A DNA stretch of 64,000 nucleotides from assembly GCA_903842345.1 (NCBI GenBank), contig CAIMLR010000039.1, positions 3,984 to 67,983 of the forward strand, in the 5' to 3' direction. The stretch's first letter is position 1. Each line of letters opens with the position of its first letter. Under the pieces are notes generated by a model. That model made no database searches. It was not told where the DNA came from and worked only from the letters and a program-made list of their open reading frames with translations. Below, one piece after another: positions 25,241-35,223 of the stretch. Position numbers and translations under genes: made by a program. This stretch comes from an uncultured Myxococcales bacterium (GTDB lineage: Bacteria > Myxococcota_A > UBA9042).

Positions 25241-27915
25241 ACGGCCGCACCCGCGCCCTCCCTTTGCGCATCTGCGCGCTCGCGCTCGCGGGTCTGAGCG
25301 CCTGTGGCCAGACAACCGCGGCCAAGACCGATGACGCTGCGACCGAAGATGGCGTTGTCGATGACGCCGTCGATGCCGCGGACGACGTCACGGCCGATAC
25401 CGGCAGCGCCGACGCCACGCCGACCAGCGACACCCATTCCAACGGCTTGTGGACGGCCATCGCGCTTCCCGGCGCCGCCAACGTCAGCTTGCACGGCGTC
25501 TGGTCAGACGGCAGCACGCGCGTCGTCGCGGCCGGCACCAACGGCACCATCGTCACGTGGGATGGCCTTGGCTGGAAAGTCGCCACGTCCGGCAAGTTTG
25601 CCACGTTGAACGCCGTCGCGGGTTCACCCGGCGCTGGCTTGGCCTGCGCGGTCGGCATGGGCGGCACCGTCGTCCAGAGCGCCGGCAGCGACGGCACCCT
25701 CGGCGAAGTCTGGGCACCGCCTGGCGGCTGCCTCGCCCCCGCGGATTGCGACGACGCCGACGTGTGCACCACCGACGTCTGCGATTCCGGCGTCTGCCAG
25801 CACAGCAGCTCCGGCGCACCTGGCTGCTGCGGCGGCATCGTGTTCGCCGACAGCTTTGACAGCGGCATCGGCAAATGGACCGTCACCGACAACTACGCGG
25901 GCAATCCGGCGTACGGCGGCATCGTCTGGAAGTCCGCGGGCGTCTACGGCATCGACGGCATCCTGCGCGCGTCCAGCCCGCCTTCCGCCGCATACTTTGG
26001 CCGCACGGACGTCCCGTGCGCCGACGACGCCAGCAAGTCCTGCGCCACGTACGACAACGGCAAGACCGTCGGCTCCGTCATGACAAGCCAGGAATTCAGC
26101 ATTCCCGCTGGCCAAAGCGCGACGCTGACATTCCAACTGTTCCTGGACGTGCAATCCGGCTTCTACGACACGCTGCAAATCAGCGTGATCCCCAGCAACG
26201 GCGGCAGCAAGAAGACCCTCGCCGACAAGCAGAGCGTCTGGCCCACCGGCAGCACCAACGGCAAGTTCGCGCCGCAGACGCTCGATATGACCGAGTACGT
26301 CGGCCAGAAGGTCAAGCTGGAAATCCGTTTTGAGACCTACAGCAGCTCCGACAACGGCGGCCAGGGCGTGTTCATCGACGACCTGTTGGTCAGCACGACG
26401 TGCCAGAGCGGCGCGGGGACGGGCAAGGGCCTGACTGACAAGACGCTGTTTGGCGCCTGGGCCTTCGCCGACAACGACGCGTACGCGGTGGGCGACGGCG
26501 GCGTCATCGCCCACTGGGACGGCCACGCGTGGGGCTTGCAGGCCGGCGCGACAACCGGAGAATTGGACGGCATGACCGGCGCTGACGGGATTGGCCTATT
26601 GGCAGTCGGCGATCAGGGCGTCATCGGCTCGGTCACGGCCACGGGCGTCGCGCCCACGACCGTCCCCAGCCCGAGTCATCTGTACGCGATCGCGATCGAC
26701 GCCACGGGCAACGGCGCGTACACCGCGTGCGCAGTGGGCACAGGCGGCGCGACGTTGGACGGCAGCAGCGCGACGGGCTGGAAGCTCGGCCCCAGCGCGG
26801 GCGTCGACCTGACCGGCGTGACGGCCAACGGCAGCGGCGGCTGGATCGCCGTCTCGCCCGCGGGCAGCATTTACGAGCGCACCAAGACGGCCAAGACCTG
26901 GGCCAACGTCAGCTCCAACGGCATCGGCATGCACGCCGTCACGCACACCGCGACGGGCCAGGTCATCGCGGTCGGCGATTACGGCTCGGTTTCCACGCGG
27001 GCGTCCGGTGCAAGCGGCTGGAACATGACGCTCGGAGACTGGACCTCGACCAACCTCTGGGGCGTCTACGCGATCAGCGACACGGACATCTGGGCCGTCG
27101 GCGAAGGCGGCACCGCCGGGCATTTCAAGGACGGCACGTGGACCGCAATGCCGACCGCCACACCCGCCAACCTCCGCGCCGTGTGGGCCGCCAGCCCGAC
27201 GCTTGTCTACGCCGTCGGCCTCCAGGGCGCCATCGTCCGCTGGGACGGCAAGGCGTGGAAGAAGATGCTCAGTCCGTCGGTCAAGAACTGGTACGCGGTC
27301 TGGGGCAACGGCCCGGACGACGTCTACGCCATCGGCGAAGGCGGCCAGGTCGCCCACTGGGATGGCCAGGACACGACCAAATGGACGTGGAAGGCCGTCG
27401 GTACGCACATCGACGGCAGCATGCGCGCGGTGTGGGGCCTCACGCCCGACGACGTGTGGGCCGTCGGCGAGCTTGGCCTCATCTACCACAACGACGGCAC
27501 GGGCTGGACCCACACGCCGATCCCCGACTACAAAGCCGACGACACCGCCAAGCCGGTCAAGATCAAGCCCACCTTGTTGGCGATCTGGGGCGCGACCTGG
27601 GACAACGTCTGGGCCGTGGGCGAACCGGACAGCAAGGGCAAGGGCGTCCTCGTCCATTGGGATGGCAGCACGTGGGGCTACGATCCGAGCTTCGCCGACG
27701 AAGGCCGCACCGTGCGCGCGATGTGGGGCTGGAGCCAGGACAAGATCCTGATGGCCGGCACGCAAGGGATGGTGCTGCGCTTCGACGGCCAAGGCACTTT
27801 CAAAGAACTGCATCCCGACACGATCGCGACGCTCTTTGGCATCACGGGTTACGGGAAAGACGCGCTTTTGGTAGGCGATATTGGTACAGTATTGCGCTGG
27901 ACGCCTTTGGACTGA
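25237..27915 (+). CDS. Beta-propeller lipoprotein with an inserted Cys-rich module and a jelly-roll-like domain
   Basis: ATGA overlap with the upstream stop; lipobox LSAC. Propeller repeats are interrupted by CDDADVCTTDVC and FADSFDSG.GKW...GVFIDDL. Confidence 0.8.
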   Translation: MNGRTRALPLRICALALAGLSACGQTTAAKTDDAATEDGVVDDAVDAADDVTADTGSADATPTSDTHSNGLWTAIALPGAANVSLHGVWSDGSTRVVAAGTNGTIVTWDGLGWKVATSGKFATLNAVAGSPGAGLACAVGMGGTVVQSAGSDGTLGEVWAPPGGCLAPADCDDADVCTTDVCDSGVCQHSSSGAPGCCGGIVFADSFDSGIGKWTVTDNYAGNPAYGGIVWKSAGVYGIDGILRASSPPSAAYFGRTDVPCADDASKSCATYDNGKTVGSVMTSQEFSIPAGQSATLTFQLFLDVQSGFYDTLQISVIPSNGGSKKTLADKQSVWPTGSTNGKFAPQTLDMTEYVGQKVKLEIRFETYSSSDNGGQGVFIDDLLVSTTCQSGAGTGKGLTDKTLFGAWAFADNDAYAVGDGGVIAHWDGHAWGLQAGATTGELDGMTGADGIGLLAVGDQGVIGSVTATGVAPTTVPSPSHLYAIAIDATGNGAYTACAVGTGGATLDGSSATGWKLGPSAGVDLTGVTANGSGGWIAVSPAGSIYERTKTAKTWANVSSNGIGMHAVTHTATGQVIAVGDYGSVSTRASGASGWNMTLGDWTSTNLWGVYAISDTDIWAVGEGGTAGHFKDGTWTAMPTATPANLRAVWAASPTLVYAVGLQGAIVRWDGKAWKKMLSPSVKNWYAVWGNGPDDVYAIGEGGQVAHWDGQDTTKWTWKAVGTHIDGSMRAVWGLTPDDVWAVGELGLIYHNDGTGWTHTPIPDYKADDTAKPVKIKPTLLAIWGATWDNVWAVGEPDSKGKGVLVHWDGSTWGYDPSFADEGRTVRAMWGWSQDKILMAGTQGMVLRFDGQGTFKELHPDTIATLFGITGYGKDALLVGDIGTVLRWTPLD

Positions 27916-27971
27916 CAAGTTCTGGGGCGCGCGTGGGTGGGAACGCAACGGTTTCAATTGGGTAGGTCACG

Positions 27972-30086
27972 ATGAACACGAAGAAAGCTTCAGTGGCAAC
28001 GCTGCTGGCCATGCTGGTCCTCGGGGCGCTGGCTGGCTGCAGCGACAACACGACCAGCGGCTCGATCTACTTTGCGGATGCGAAGGGCGACGGCATCAAT
28101 TTCAACCTGAAGGATGGCAAAGGCGACGGCTTGGCCACCGACGCCAGCGACGACGCCACTGCGACGGAAGACGACGCAGCGAGCACCGACGACATCTCCA
28201 ACCTGCCCGGCTTCCTGTACTTTGACCTCGGCGTCGCTGCCGGCAAGCCGCCCAAGGGCGATGACGGCCTGCCCTGCTTTGACCAGTGCCAGGTCGCGGT
28301 GACGCAGAACAGCTCGCGGGCCATTGGCGCGCTGCTGCTGGCCGACAAGAAGTTCCCGATGGCCAACGCCATGGTCAAGTTTGAGATCAAGGATCCGACC
28401 CTGACCGACGCGACGATCCTGAGCGGCACCGTGCCGACCGATCAGGACGGTCGCGCGACGACCTCCGTGAAAGCCGGCATGCAGACGGGCTTCTTCACCG
28501 TTGTCGTGTCCGTCGTCGATCACGCTGAGATCACGCCGATCGAGTACACCGTGTCCGCGCAGAGCAAGGTCAAGGGCCCGCCGACGATCACGTTGCACTA
28601 CCAAGGCGCGACTTCGCTCTCGGCGTTTGGCGATCTGAATGTGCGCCTCATCAAGCAGGTGGCGGGCGAGCCCGCGTGCAAGAACCTGGACCTCTTTGAC
28701 AAGGACAACCTCCCGCCGGCAGTTTCCACGAGCCCGAACCTCAAGTTCGACAAAGCCTGGTCGGTCTCCAGCGCGTACGTCGGCACGCTGCCCGCGGACG
28801 GTTCGTCCGTCGCCTACACGGTCGTCGCGCTCGGCTGGAAGCTCGGCACCGGCTCCTTGAGCGGCAATCCGTCGATCGGCGGCTGCGCGGACACGGGCTT
28901 CACCGTCCACCTGAACAAGTCGACAAAGGGCATTGAAGGCGATGCCGTCCTCGTGAACGTGCGCGACCTGCCGCTGCGCCTCAAGGGCGTCTACGACATG
29001 ACGACGTTCATCGACCTGCTGACGCTCCTGCCGCCGACGGTGGAGAAGTTCGTCAAGATCGTGCTGAACATCGTCTCCGATCCGGTGGCGGGCTTGCTCG
29101 CGACCATCTGCCAGCTGACCAACGGCAGCCTCCAGGACATCTGCGCAGCGATCTTTGCCGATCCGACCAACCCCGATCCCGATCAGGTCACCGGCGTGGG
29201 CGGCATCATCGTCACGTTCCTGAAGAACATCATCTACGCGCTTTTGCCGCCGCAAGTCCTGCAAGTCATCACGACGACCAAGGACCTGAAGTCCATCCTT
29301 GAGAACTTCACCGTCAACGGCACGATCGAAATCAACGCGGAGCCGGACTCCACGGGCTTCCTCTCCGCGACGTACACCAAGCAGACGTGGGCCTCGATCA
29401 CCTACAAGTGGTCGCTCGGCCAGAGCTGCCCGGCGACCGACCCGAATTGCGGCAAGAAGACCATCAACTTTGACCAGTTCCAGCCCGACGCGGTGACCGG
29501 CTCGTTTGACCTCTGGCGCAACTTCCTGCCCAACTCGCAGGTGCCCGACGGGACGATCAAGTTTGGCAAGCACGCGCTGAACGTGAAGTGGGGCGCGCTG
29601 ATCAACTTCATCATCGAGAAGCAGTTGCTGCCGCTCGTCACCTACGATCCCAAGGATCCGACGGCGCCGACGATCGACAGCTACGAGAAGCTGCTGAAGT
29701 ACCTGCTCGGCGGCAGCAAGAAGTGCCTCATCAAGGACACCTGCTGCGCGGACTTCGTCGCCGGCATCACGTCGCAAACCGGCCTCGCCAGCTCGCTCCT
29801 CACCGGCGCGTGCAACGCCGCCACGACGCTTGGCTCGTCGTTCCTCGAAGGCTACTTGAACAGCCTGGACGGCGTCAGTGGCAATCCGGCGACCGGCCAG
29901 GGCCTCGTGCTCGGCACGGACAAGTGCCCGATTCTCGACCCGAACGGCGACAACATCGTCGACGACCTCGGCTCGCCGGACACGACCTCGACGCTCAATC
30001 AGTGCCAGTGGGACATGACGTTGGGCATCGGCGGCGGCACGCCCAAGGCGATCTCCGCGCGCTTCTTCGCGATTCGCCAGCCGTAG
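27972..30086 (+). CDS. Lipoprotein with a Big_1/Ig-like domain and a Cys-containing helical domain
   Basis: Lipobox LAGC, acidic linker, and the Big_1-like motif TDQDGRATTSVKAG. Confidence 0.7.
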   Translation: MNTKKASVATLLAMLVLGALAGCSDNTTSGSIYFADAKGDGINFNLKDGKGDGLATDASDDATATEDDAASTDDISNLPGFLYFDLGVAAGKPPKGDDGLPCFDQCQVAVTQNSSRAIGALLLADKKFPMANAMVKFEIKDPTLTDATILSGTVPTDQDGRATTSVKAGMQTGFFTVVVSVVDHAEITPIEYTVSAQSKVKGPPTITLHYQGATSLSAFGDLNVRLIKQVAGEPACKNLDLFDKDNLPPAVSTSPNLKFDKAWSVSSAYVGTLPADGSSVAYTVVALGWKLGTGSLSGNPSIGGCADTGFTVHLNKSTKGIEGDAVLVNVRDLPLRLKGVYDMTTFIDLLTLLPPTVEKFVKIVLNIVSDPVAGLLATICQLTNGSLQDICAAIFADPTNPDPDQVTGVGGIIVTFLKNIIYALLPPQVLQVITTTKDLKSILENFTVNGTIEINAEPDSTGFLSATYTKQTWASITYKWSLGQSCPATDPNCGKKTINFDQFQPDAVTGSFDLWRNFLPNSQVPDGTIKFGKHALNVKWGALINFIIEKQLLPLVTYDPKDPTAPTIDSYEKLLKYLLGGSKKCLIKDTCCADFVAGITSQTGLASSLLTGACNAATTLGSSFLEGYLNSLDGVSGNPATGQGLVLGTDKCPILDPNGDNIVDDLGSPDTTSTLNQCQWDMTLGIGGGTPKAISARFFAIRQP

Positions 30087-30136
30087 CGGCCCGATGGCCT
30101 CAGCCAAGGACGTTCAGGCAACTGCGGAACGCGGGC

Positions 30137-30691
30137 TCAGAGGTTCGAGCCGTTGCGCAGCAGCTTCAACAGTTCTGACCGCGTCGCGTAGTTGTCGCGG
30201 AACTGGCCCTTCATCGCGCTGGTAATCGTCACTGCGTTGGGCTTGCGCACGCCGCGCATCACCATGCACATGTGCTTGGCCTCGATCACGACGGCCACGC
30301 CCAGCGGATCCAGGCCTTCCTGCAGCGCCTCCGCGATCTGCGTCGTCATGCGCTCCTGCACCTGCAGGCGCCGCGCGAACGTGTCCACGATGCGCGCGAG
30401 CTTGGACAAGCCCACGACCTTGCCGCGCGGCAGGTAGGCGACGTGCGCCTTGCCCATGAACGGCAGCATGTGGTGCTCGCACAGGCTGGAGAAGTCGATG
30501 TCCCGGACCAGCACCATCTCGTCGTTGTCGACGTTGAACAGCGCGGAGCGCAGGATCGCCAGCGGATCCTCGGCGTACCCACTCGTCAAGTCGCGCAGGG
30601 CCTTGGCCACACGCTGCGGCGTCTTGACCAGGCCTTCGCGCTCGGGATCTTCGCCCAGATCCACCAGAATTTTGCGTACGAGATCTTCCAC
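30137..30691 (-). CDS. folE: GTP cyclohydrolase I
   Basis: Motifs [30 protein letters not shown] and HMCMVMRG. Confidence 0.97.
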   Translation of the reverse strand: MEDLVRKILVDLGEDPEREGLVKTPQRVAKALRDLTSGYAEDPLAILRSALFNVDNDEMVLVRDIDFSSLCEHHMLPFMGKAHVAYLPRGKVVGLSKLARIVDTFARRLQVQERMTTQIAEALQEGLDPLGVAVVIEAKHMCMVMRGVRKPNAVTITSAMKGQFRDNYATRSELLKLLRNGSNL

Positions 30692-30724
30692 GATGTCCTC
30701 TCGCTCCAGGATTGGCCGATCACG

Positions 30725-31669
30725 CTAGACCGGAGGCACCACGGATTCGATGATTTGATGCAAAAGCGCTGCGATCGTCTCACGTTCGCTCGCGGACCCG
30801 GTCATGCCGGTCGGAATCACCCGGTGGCCAGCGACCGGCACGAAGAGTTGCCGCACGTCGTCCGGCGTCACAAACGTCCGCCCAGAGACCAGGGCGCGCG
30901 CTTGCACCGCGCGGTAAAAGCCGATTGCGGCGCGCGTGGACAGGCCCAGCTCGAAAGAACTGTGCGAACGCGTCGCTTGGGTCAACGCGTGCAGGTAGGC
31001 CAGCACTTCATCGCTCACGTGGACCTGTTCAGCCGCCGCGCACAGCGCCGCGACGTCACCCGGACCGCACACCGCGGGCGGCATCGTCTCCGGCGCGCCG
31101 TGCTGCCGAATCAGCGCCATTTCCTGCGCGCTTTCCAGATAGCCCACCGACGTCCGCACCAGGAAGCGGTCCAACTGCGACTCCGGCAGCGGATAGGTGC
31201 CGTGAAACTCGCGGGGATTCTGCGTCGCCAGCACGATGAACGGCTGCGGCAGGGCGTGCGTCACGCCGTCGACGGTCACACGGCCCTCGGCCATCGACTC
31301 CAGCAGCGCCGATTGTGTGCGCGGCGTCGTGCGATTGATTTCGTCCGCCAGGAGCACGTTGGCAAAGACCGGCCCGGGCTTGAACTCGAAGCGGCCAGTC
31401 TTCTGGTCATAGATCGAGATGCCGACGATGTCTGCGGGCAAAAGATCGCTGGCGAACTGAATCCGCTGCCAGGAAAGGCCGAGCACGTGCGCGAACGTGC
31501 GCGCGAGCGTCGTCTTGCCCACGCCGGGGACGTCTTCAAACAGCACGTGACCGCGCGCGAGGATCGCCACCATCACAAGCTCGACGATCTCCGTCTTGCC
31601 GACGAACGCCTGCTCGACTCCGGCGATGATGCGGCGGCAGAGAATTTCCGGCGAAACAGCTTCCGTCAT
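30725..31669 (-). CDS. MoxR-family AAA+ ATPase
   Basis: Motifs GHVLFEDVPGVGKT, RIQF..DLLPADI, LADEINRTTPRTQSALLE and GTYPLPESQLDRF. ATGA overlap with the upstream stop. Confidence 0.93.
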   Translation of the reverse strand: MTEAVSPEILCRRIIAGVEQAFVGKTEIVELVMVAILARGHVLFEDVPGVGKTTLARTFAHVLGLSWQRIQFASDLLPADIVGISIYDQKTGRFEFKPGPVFANVLLADEINRTTPRTQSALLESMAEGRVTVDGVTHALPQPFIVLATQNPREFHGTYPLPESQLDRFLVRTSVGYLESAQEMALIRQHGAPETMPPAVCGPGDVAALCAAAEQVHVSDEVLAYLHALTQATRSHSSFELGLSTRAAIGFYRAVQARALVSGRTFVTPDDVRQLFVPVAGHRVIPTGMTGSASERETIAALLHQIIESVVPPV

Positions 31670-32925
31670 GGATGTCCTGGGGCCGGAATCGCCGGCGTCG
31701 GTGCGGTGCGGCAACGCGCCACGGCAGCGCGCACGGCATCTTCCACAGTGTTGGCCGCTGCGGTCAATTCCGCCGGCGTCGTCTTGATCGCCGATTTTTC
31801 CGCCGCAGTCAGCAGTTCCCGCTCCAACCCCGCGCTATTGCGGTCATGTCGGCACACGCGCTGGGTCATGACCGCGGCGATGATCGCCCGCAATTGCAGC
31901 GCATCCAGCTCCGGCATCGCGACGGTGTCCTGCACGCGCGCCTGCACGAGCGCCCGCGCTTGCCCAGCCGCCTGCACGGCGCGATCCGGCCAGCCGGCGT
32001 CCAGCGCGACCTCGGCCAGATTGCGGTACAGCACGGGACGCCGTGGCTGCAGGCTGATCGCCGTATCCAGCGCCGCGATCGCGCCCTCTGAATTGCCGTT
32101 CTTGTGCTTGGCCGCCGCCAGCTGATTCCAGAGCGACGCATCGCCGGGCAGCGTCGCCACCAGCTTCTGCAGGAGCTTGAGCGCTTTGTCCGTCGCGCCC
32201 TGCTCCAGCCAAACGCTGGCCAGCTCACTTTGGCCGTCGCGACTGTCCGGTACGATCTCCAGCGCCACTTTTAGCGACGCTTCAGCTTCTGCGAGATCGC
32301 CGCTCATGGCGTGCACTTGACCGAGCACCAGCCAGGCATCGGCGTTGCGCGGCGCCAACTCCGTCACATGCTTGGCCAAATCGAGCGCGGTGGGCAGTCG
32401 ACCGCGCGCCAGCATCGTCCGGGCCGCCATCACCAGCAGCCGCGGCTCGTCCGGGGTCAGTTTGAGTGCAGCATACGCCACGCGCGACGCATGCTCCGGA
32501 TCGCCGCGGCCCAGCAGCAGCTCGGCCATCCGCACCGCCGCGAAGACGTCGTCGGGCTTGAGGGTCAACCGCCGCGCATAGGTCGCGATCGCCTCGTCGA
32601 TCCGACCGAGACCATCGTAGGCCCGCGCCACAAGCGCGGCCGCCTCCGCATCGTTGACGTTCGCCGCCAGCCGCGGCTTGAGCAGCGCGAGCGCCTCCGC
32701 ATGGTGGCCGCGCAGGATCTGCGTCTCCGCCAGCTCCAGCAGCGCCCGGTCGTCGCCGCGATCCGCCAGGGCCTTGAACTCCAACTCCGCGTCCGCCAGA
32801 CGGCCTTCCTCGCGCAGGTGCTGGGCGTGCTCCATCGGCGTCAGCGGCTTGGCCACTTGCGGCGCACTGCATTGGCACAGGCCAAGCGCAGACAGGAGGC
32901 AAAGCGCGGCGAAGTGGCGGTTCAC
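31666..32925 (-). CDS. Tetratricopeptide-repeat (lipo)protein
   Basis: Signal peptide with Cys (LCQC) followed by multiple TPR-like helical repeats. Confidence 0.8.
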   Translation of the reverse strand: MNRHFAALCLLSALGLCQCSAPQVAKPLTPMEHAQHLREEGRLADAELEFKALADRGDDRALLELAETQILRGHHAEALALLKPRLAANVNDAEAAALVARAYDGLGRIDEAIATYARRLTLKPDDVFAAVRMAELLLGRGDPEHASRVAYAALKLTPDEPRLLVMAARTMLARGRLPTALDLAKHVTELAPRNADAWLVLGQVHAMSGDLAEAEASLKVALEIVPDSRDGQSELASVWLEQGATDKALKLLQKLVATLPGDASLWNQLAAAKHKNGNSEGAIAALDTAISLQPRRPVLYRNLAEVALDAGWPDRAVQAAGQARALVQARVQDTVAMPELDALQLRAIIAAVMTQRVCRHDRNSAGLERELLTAAEKSAIKTTPAELTAAANTVEDAVRAAVARCRTAPTPAIPAPGHP

Positions 32926-33299
32926 GGCTTTTCGTCCCAGCGCAGGCGATTGGCCCGCACCTGTTCGGTCGTCGGCCGATGCTTGGGCTGCAGACGGCCT
33001 TCGGCGTCGCGATGCGGCGATGCAACGCGGAACAGCTTGGGCGTGTCCTGCGTCGTCGCGTTCAGCGACAAGTCGCCCGCGAACATGTCCGGCAGCTCGC
33101 GATCCTCAAAGATCGCCTGCCACGGACACTCGGGCTCGCACGCGCCGCAGTTGATGCATTCGGTCGGATGGATGTAGAGCATGTTCGGCCGTTCGGGCGA
33201 CACGGCGTCCTTGGGCTCGTAGATGCACTCGACCGGACACACTTCCACGCAGCCCTGATCCAGGCAGTCAACACAGAGGCGCGTAATCACATAGGCCAT
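32922..33299 (-). CDS. 7Fe-type (FdxA-like) ferredoxin
   Basis: Cys motifs [18 protein letters not shown] and [12 protein letters not shown]. Confidence 0.9.
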   Translation of the reverse strand: MAYVITRLCVDCLDQGCVEVCPVECIYEPKDAVSPERPNMLYIHPTECINCGACEPECPWQAIFEDRELPDMFAGDLSLNATTQDTPKLFRVASPHRDAEGRLQPKHRPTTEQVRANRLRWDEKP

Positions 33300-33518
33300 G
33301 CAGTTCCCTCAAAATCGTCAGTTGGCGGCTGCACGTCCGCTCACGGTGATGGTACACTCGTTCGCCGACGCCCGCATGCCATCTGCGTGGAAAGATGGTG
33401 CGCGAGGCGCATTGAATACGCGTTCTTGTTGTGCGTTGTCCATGGTGTCAGGTGCGAAATTCCTGACCGCCGGCTGCAAGCCGCCTGACTTGCCTGGCAC
33501 CAATTGGAGGAAGAAGAC

Positions 33519-35156
33519 ATGAAGACCTCAACTTACAAGCACCTCGCATGGGCCGTCCTCGCCACGAGCGTCGCGTTCATGAGCGGCTGCGGCCCGGTGT
33601 ACACCGAGGATCGCTGGTATGCGCGCGACTACTACGCGCATCCTGCCGCGACCACCTACGCCGCGCCACAGCAGCAGGTTGCGGTCCAGGCGGGCATCGC
33701 GCCGGATCCGCAGTTCACCGACCTCTCGCCGTACGGCCAGTGGGAAATGACGGGCGAATACGGCCGCATTTGGGTGCCGTACGCCAATCGCACGCCAGGC
33801 TGGCGTCCGTATTTCTACGGCCAGTGGCAATACACGGACTGGGGCTGGAGTTGGGTCAGCGACGAAGCGTGGGGTGCCGGTCCGTACCACTACGGCCGCT
33901 GGACCTGGCTGAACGGCCGCAACTGGGTGTGGATCCCCGACTACACGTGGGGTCCGGCTTGGGTGACGTGGAGCCACGGCGGCGGTTGCGTCGGTTGGGC
34001 GCCCATGGGCCCGGGCGGCGCGACGTGGGGCGATATCCACGCGCATTCCACCTACTGGACCTACGTGCCAACGGGCCAGTTCGGCGGCGGCAAAGTGCAG
34101 CACGTAGTGGTGTCGGCGGCGGATGTGCCGCGCATCCACCAGCAGACGGTCATTGTCGACAACACCTCGCAGATCCGCGGCAACAACGGCAGCGTCGTGA
34201 CCTACAGCCCAGGACCGCCGCGTGAGCAGGTGGCCCAGTGGACGGCGCGTCCGGTGGACGTGCGGCCGATCAACCAGGTGCCGCAGGTGCAGCCGCGGCG
34301 GATTCCGGACAACACGCCGCCGCCCGTGGGTGGAACGAATGGCACCGCGACCGCGCCGCCGCCGACGCGCACCGGTCCGGGCTACACGGGGCCTGGCCCG
34401 GCGACGCAGCCCGATCCGCGCAATTCGACGCAAGTGCAGCCGCCGACCCGCCAAGGTGCGGTGCCGCCGACCACGCCGACCACGCCAAATCCGACCGTGC
34501 CGAATCCCGGCACGCCGGATCCGCGCAATCCGAACGTGGGCCTGCCGCCGACGCGGACTGGCCCGGTGCCGCCGACGACGCCCATCCCGCCGACGACTCG
34601 CCCGGGCACGGGTACACCGCCGGTCACGCCGCCGCCGAGCTACACGCCGCCGACGCGGCCGGGCACCGGCACGCCGATCGTGGAGCCGCCGACGCGGCCG
34701 GGCACGGGCTCGACGACGGTGGATCCGCCGACGCGGCCGGGTGCGGGCTACACGGGCCCCGGCCCGATCAACCTGCCGCCGCAGCCGACTGTGCCGCGGC
34801 CGACCCCGCCGCCCGTGGATCGCGGCAACTATGCGCCGGCGCCCACGCGCTATGCGCCGCCGGCTTACACGCCGCCGACCAACACGCCGGCGCCCGCGTA
34901 CAACCCGCAGCCCGCGTACCGTCCGGCCACGCCGAGTTACAATCCCGCGCCGACCTACAATCCGCAGCCGGCGTATCGCCCGGCCACGCCGAGCTACAAT
35001 CCCGCGCCGGCCTACAATCCGCAGCCCGCGTATCGTCCGGCGACGCCGAGTTACAACCCGGCTCCTGCGCAGCGTTTCTCGCCGCCGCCGTCGTATTCGC
35101 CGCCCGCTTCCCGGCCGGCCGCGCCTTCCGCGCCCGCGCCGACGCGTCGCAGGTAG
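33519..35156 (+). CDS. DUF6600-like Trp-rich lipoprotein with a long Pro-rich tail
   Basis: Lipobox MSGC and LSPYGQW..YGRIWVP..WRPY..GQW.YTDWGWSWVS..PYHYGRW..WGPAWV.W..GWAP, followed by a ~280-aa Pro/Thr tail. Confidence 0.8.
   Translation: MKTSTYKHLAWAVLATSVAFMSGCGPVYTEDRWYARDYYAHPAATTYAAPQQQVAVQAGIAPDPQFTDLSPYGQWEMTGEYGRIWVPYANRTPGWRPYFYGQWQYTDWGWSWVSDEAWGAGPYHYGRWTWLNGRNWVWIPDYTWGPAWVTWSHGGGCVGWAPMGPGGATWGDIHAHSTYWTYVPTGQFGGGKVQHVVVSAADVPRIHQQTVIVDNTSQIRGNNGSVVTYSPGPPREQVAQWTARPVDVRPINQVPQVQPRRIPDNTPPPVGGTNGTATAPPPTRTGPGYTGPGPATQPDPRNSTQVQPPTRQGAVPPTTPTTPNPTVPNPGTPDPRNPNVGLPPTRTGPVPPTTPIPPTTRPGTGTPPVTPPPSYTPPTRPGTGTPIVEPPTRPGTGSTTVDPPTRPGAGYTGPGPINLPPQPTVPRPTPPPVDRGNYAPAPTRYAPPAYTPPTNTPAPAYNPQPAYRPATPSYNPAPTYNPQPAYRPATPSYNPAPAYNPQPAYRPATPSYNPAPAQRFSPPPSYSPPASRPAAPSAPAPTRRR
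34899..35069 (+). repeat. 3 x 57-bp coding tandem repeat (YNPQPAYRPATPSYNPAP[A/T])
   Basis: Units start at 34899, 34956 and 35013 and differ mainly at synonymous sites. Confidence 0.9.
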
Positions 35157-35223
35157 TCGCGCGCGCCTTGACGGATCGCATGGGGTCTTGCACGCTTCGC
35201 CCGGCATTCACGCGAGGCGCCCC

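Noticed and set aside
27882-27890. Extended -10-like TGGTACAGT at the end of the propeller gene (internal promoter for the 27972 gene)
   Set aside because: It is too short to support without TSS data and has no convincing -35.
34222-35223. Apparent Arg-rich N-terminal extension of FBPase
   Set aside because: It is an alternative frame of the Pro-rich DUF6600 tail. A proper ATG lies at 35224.
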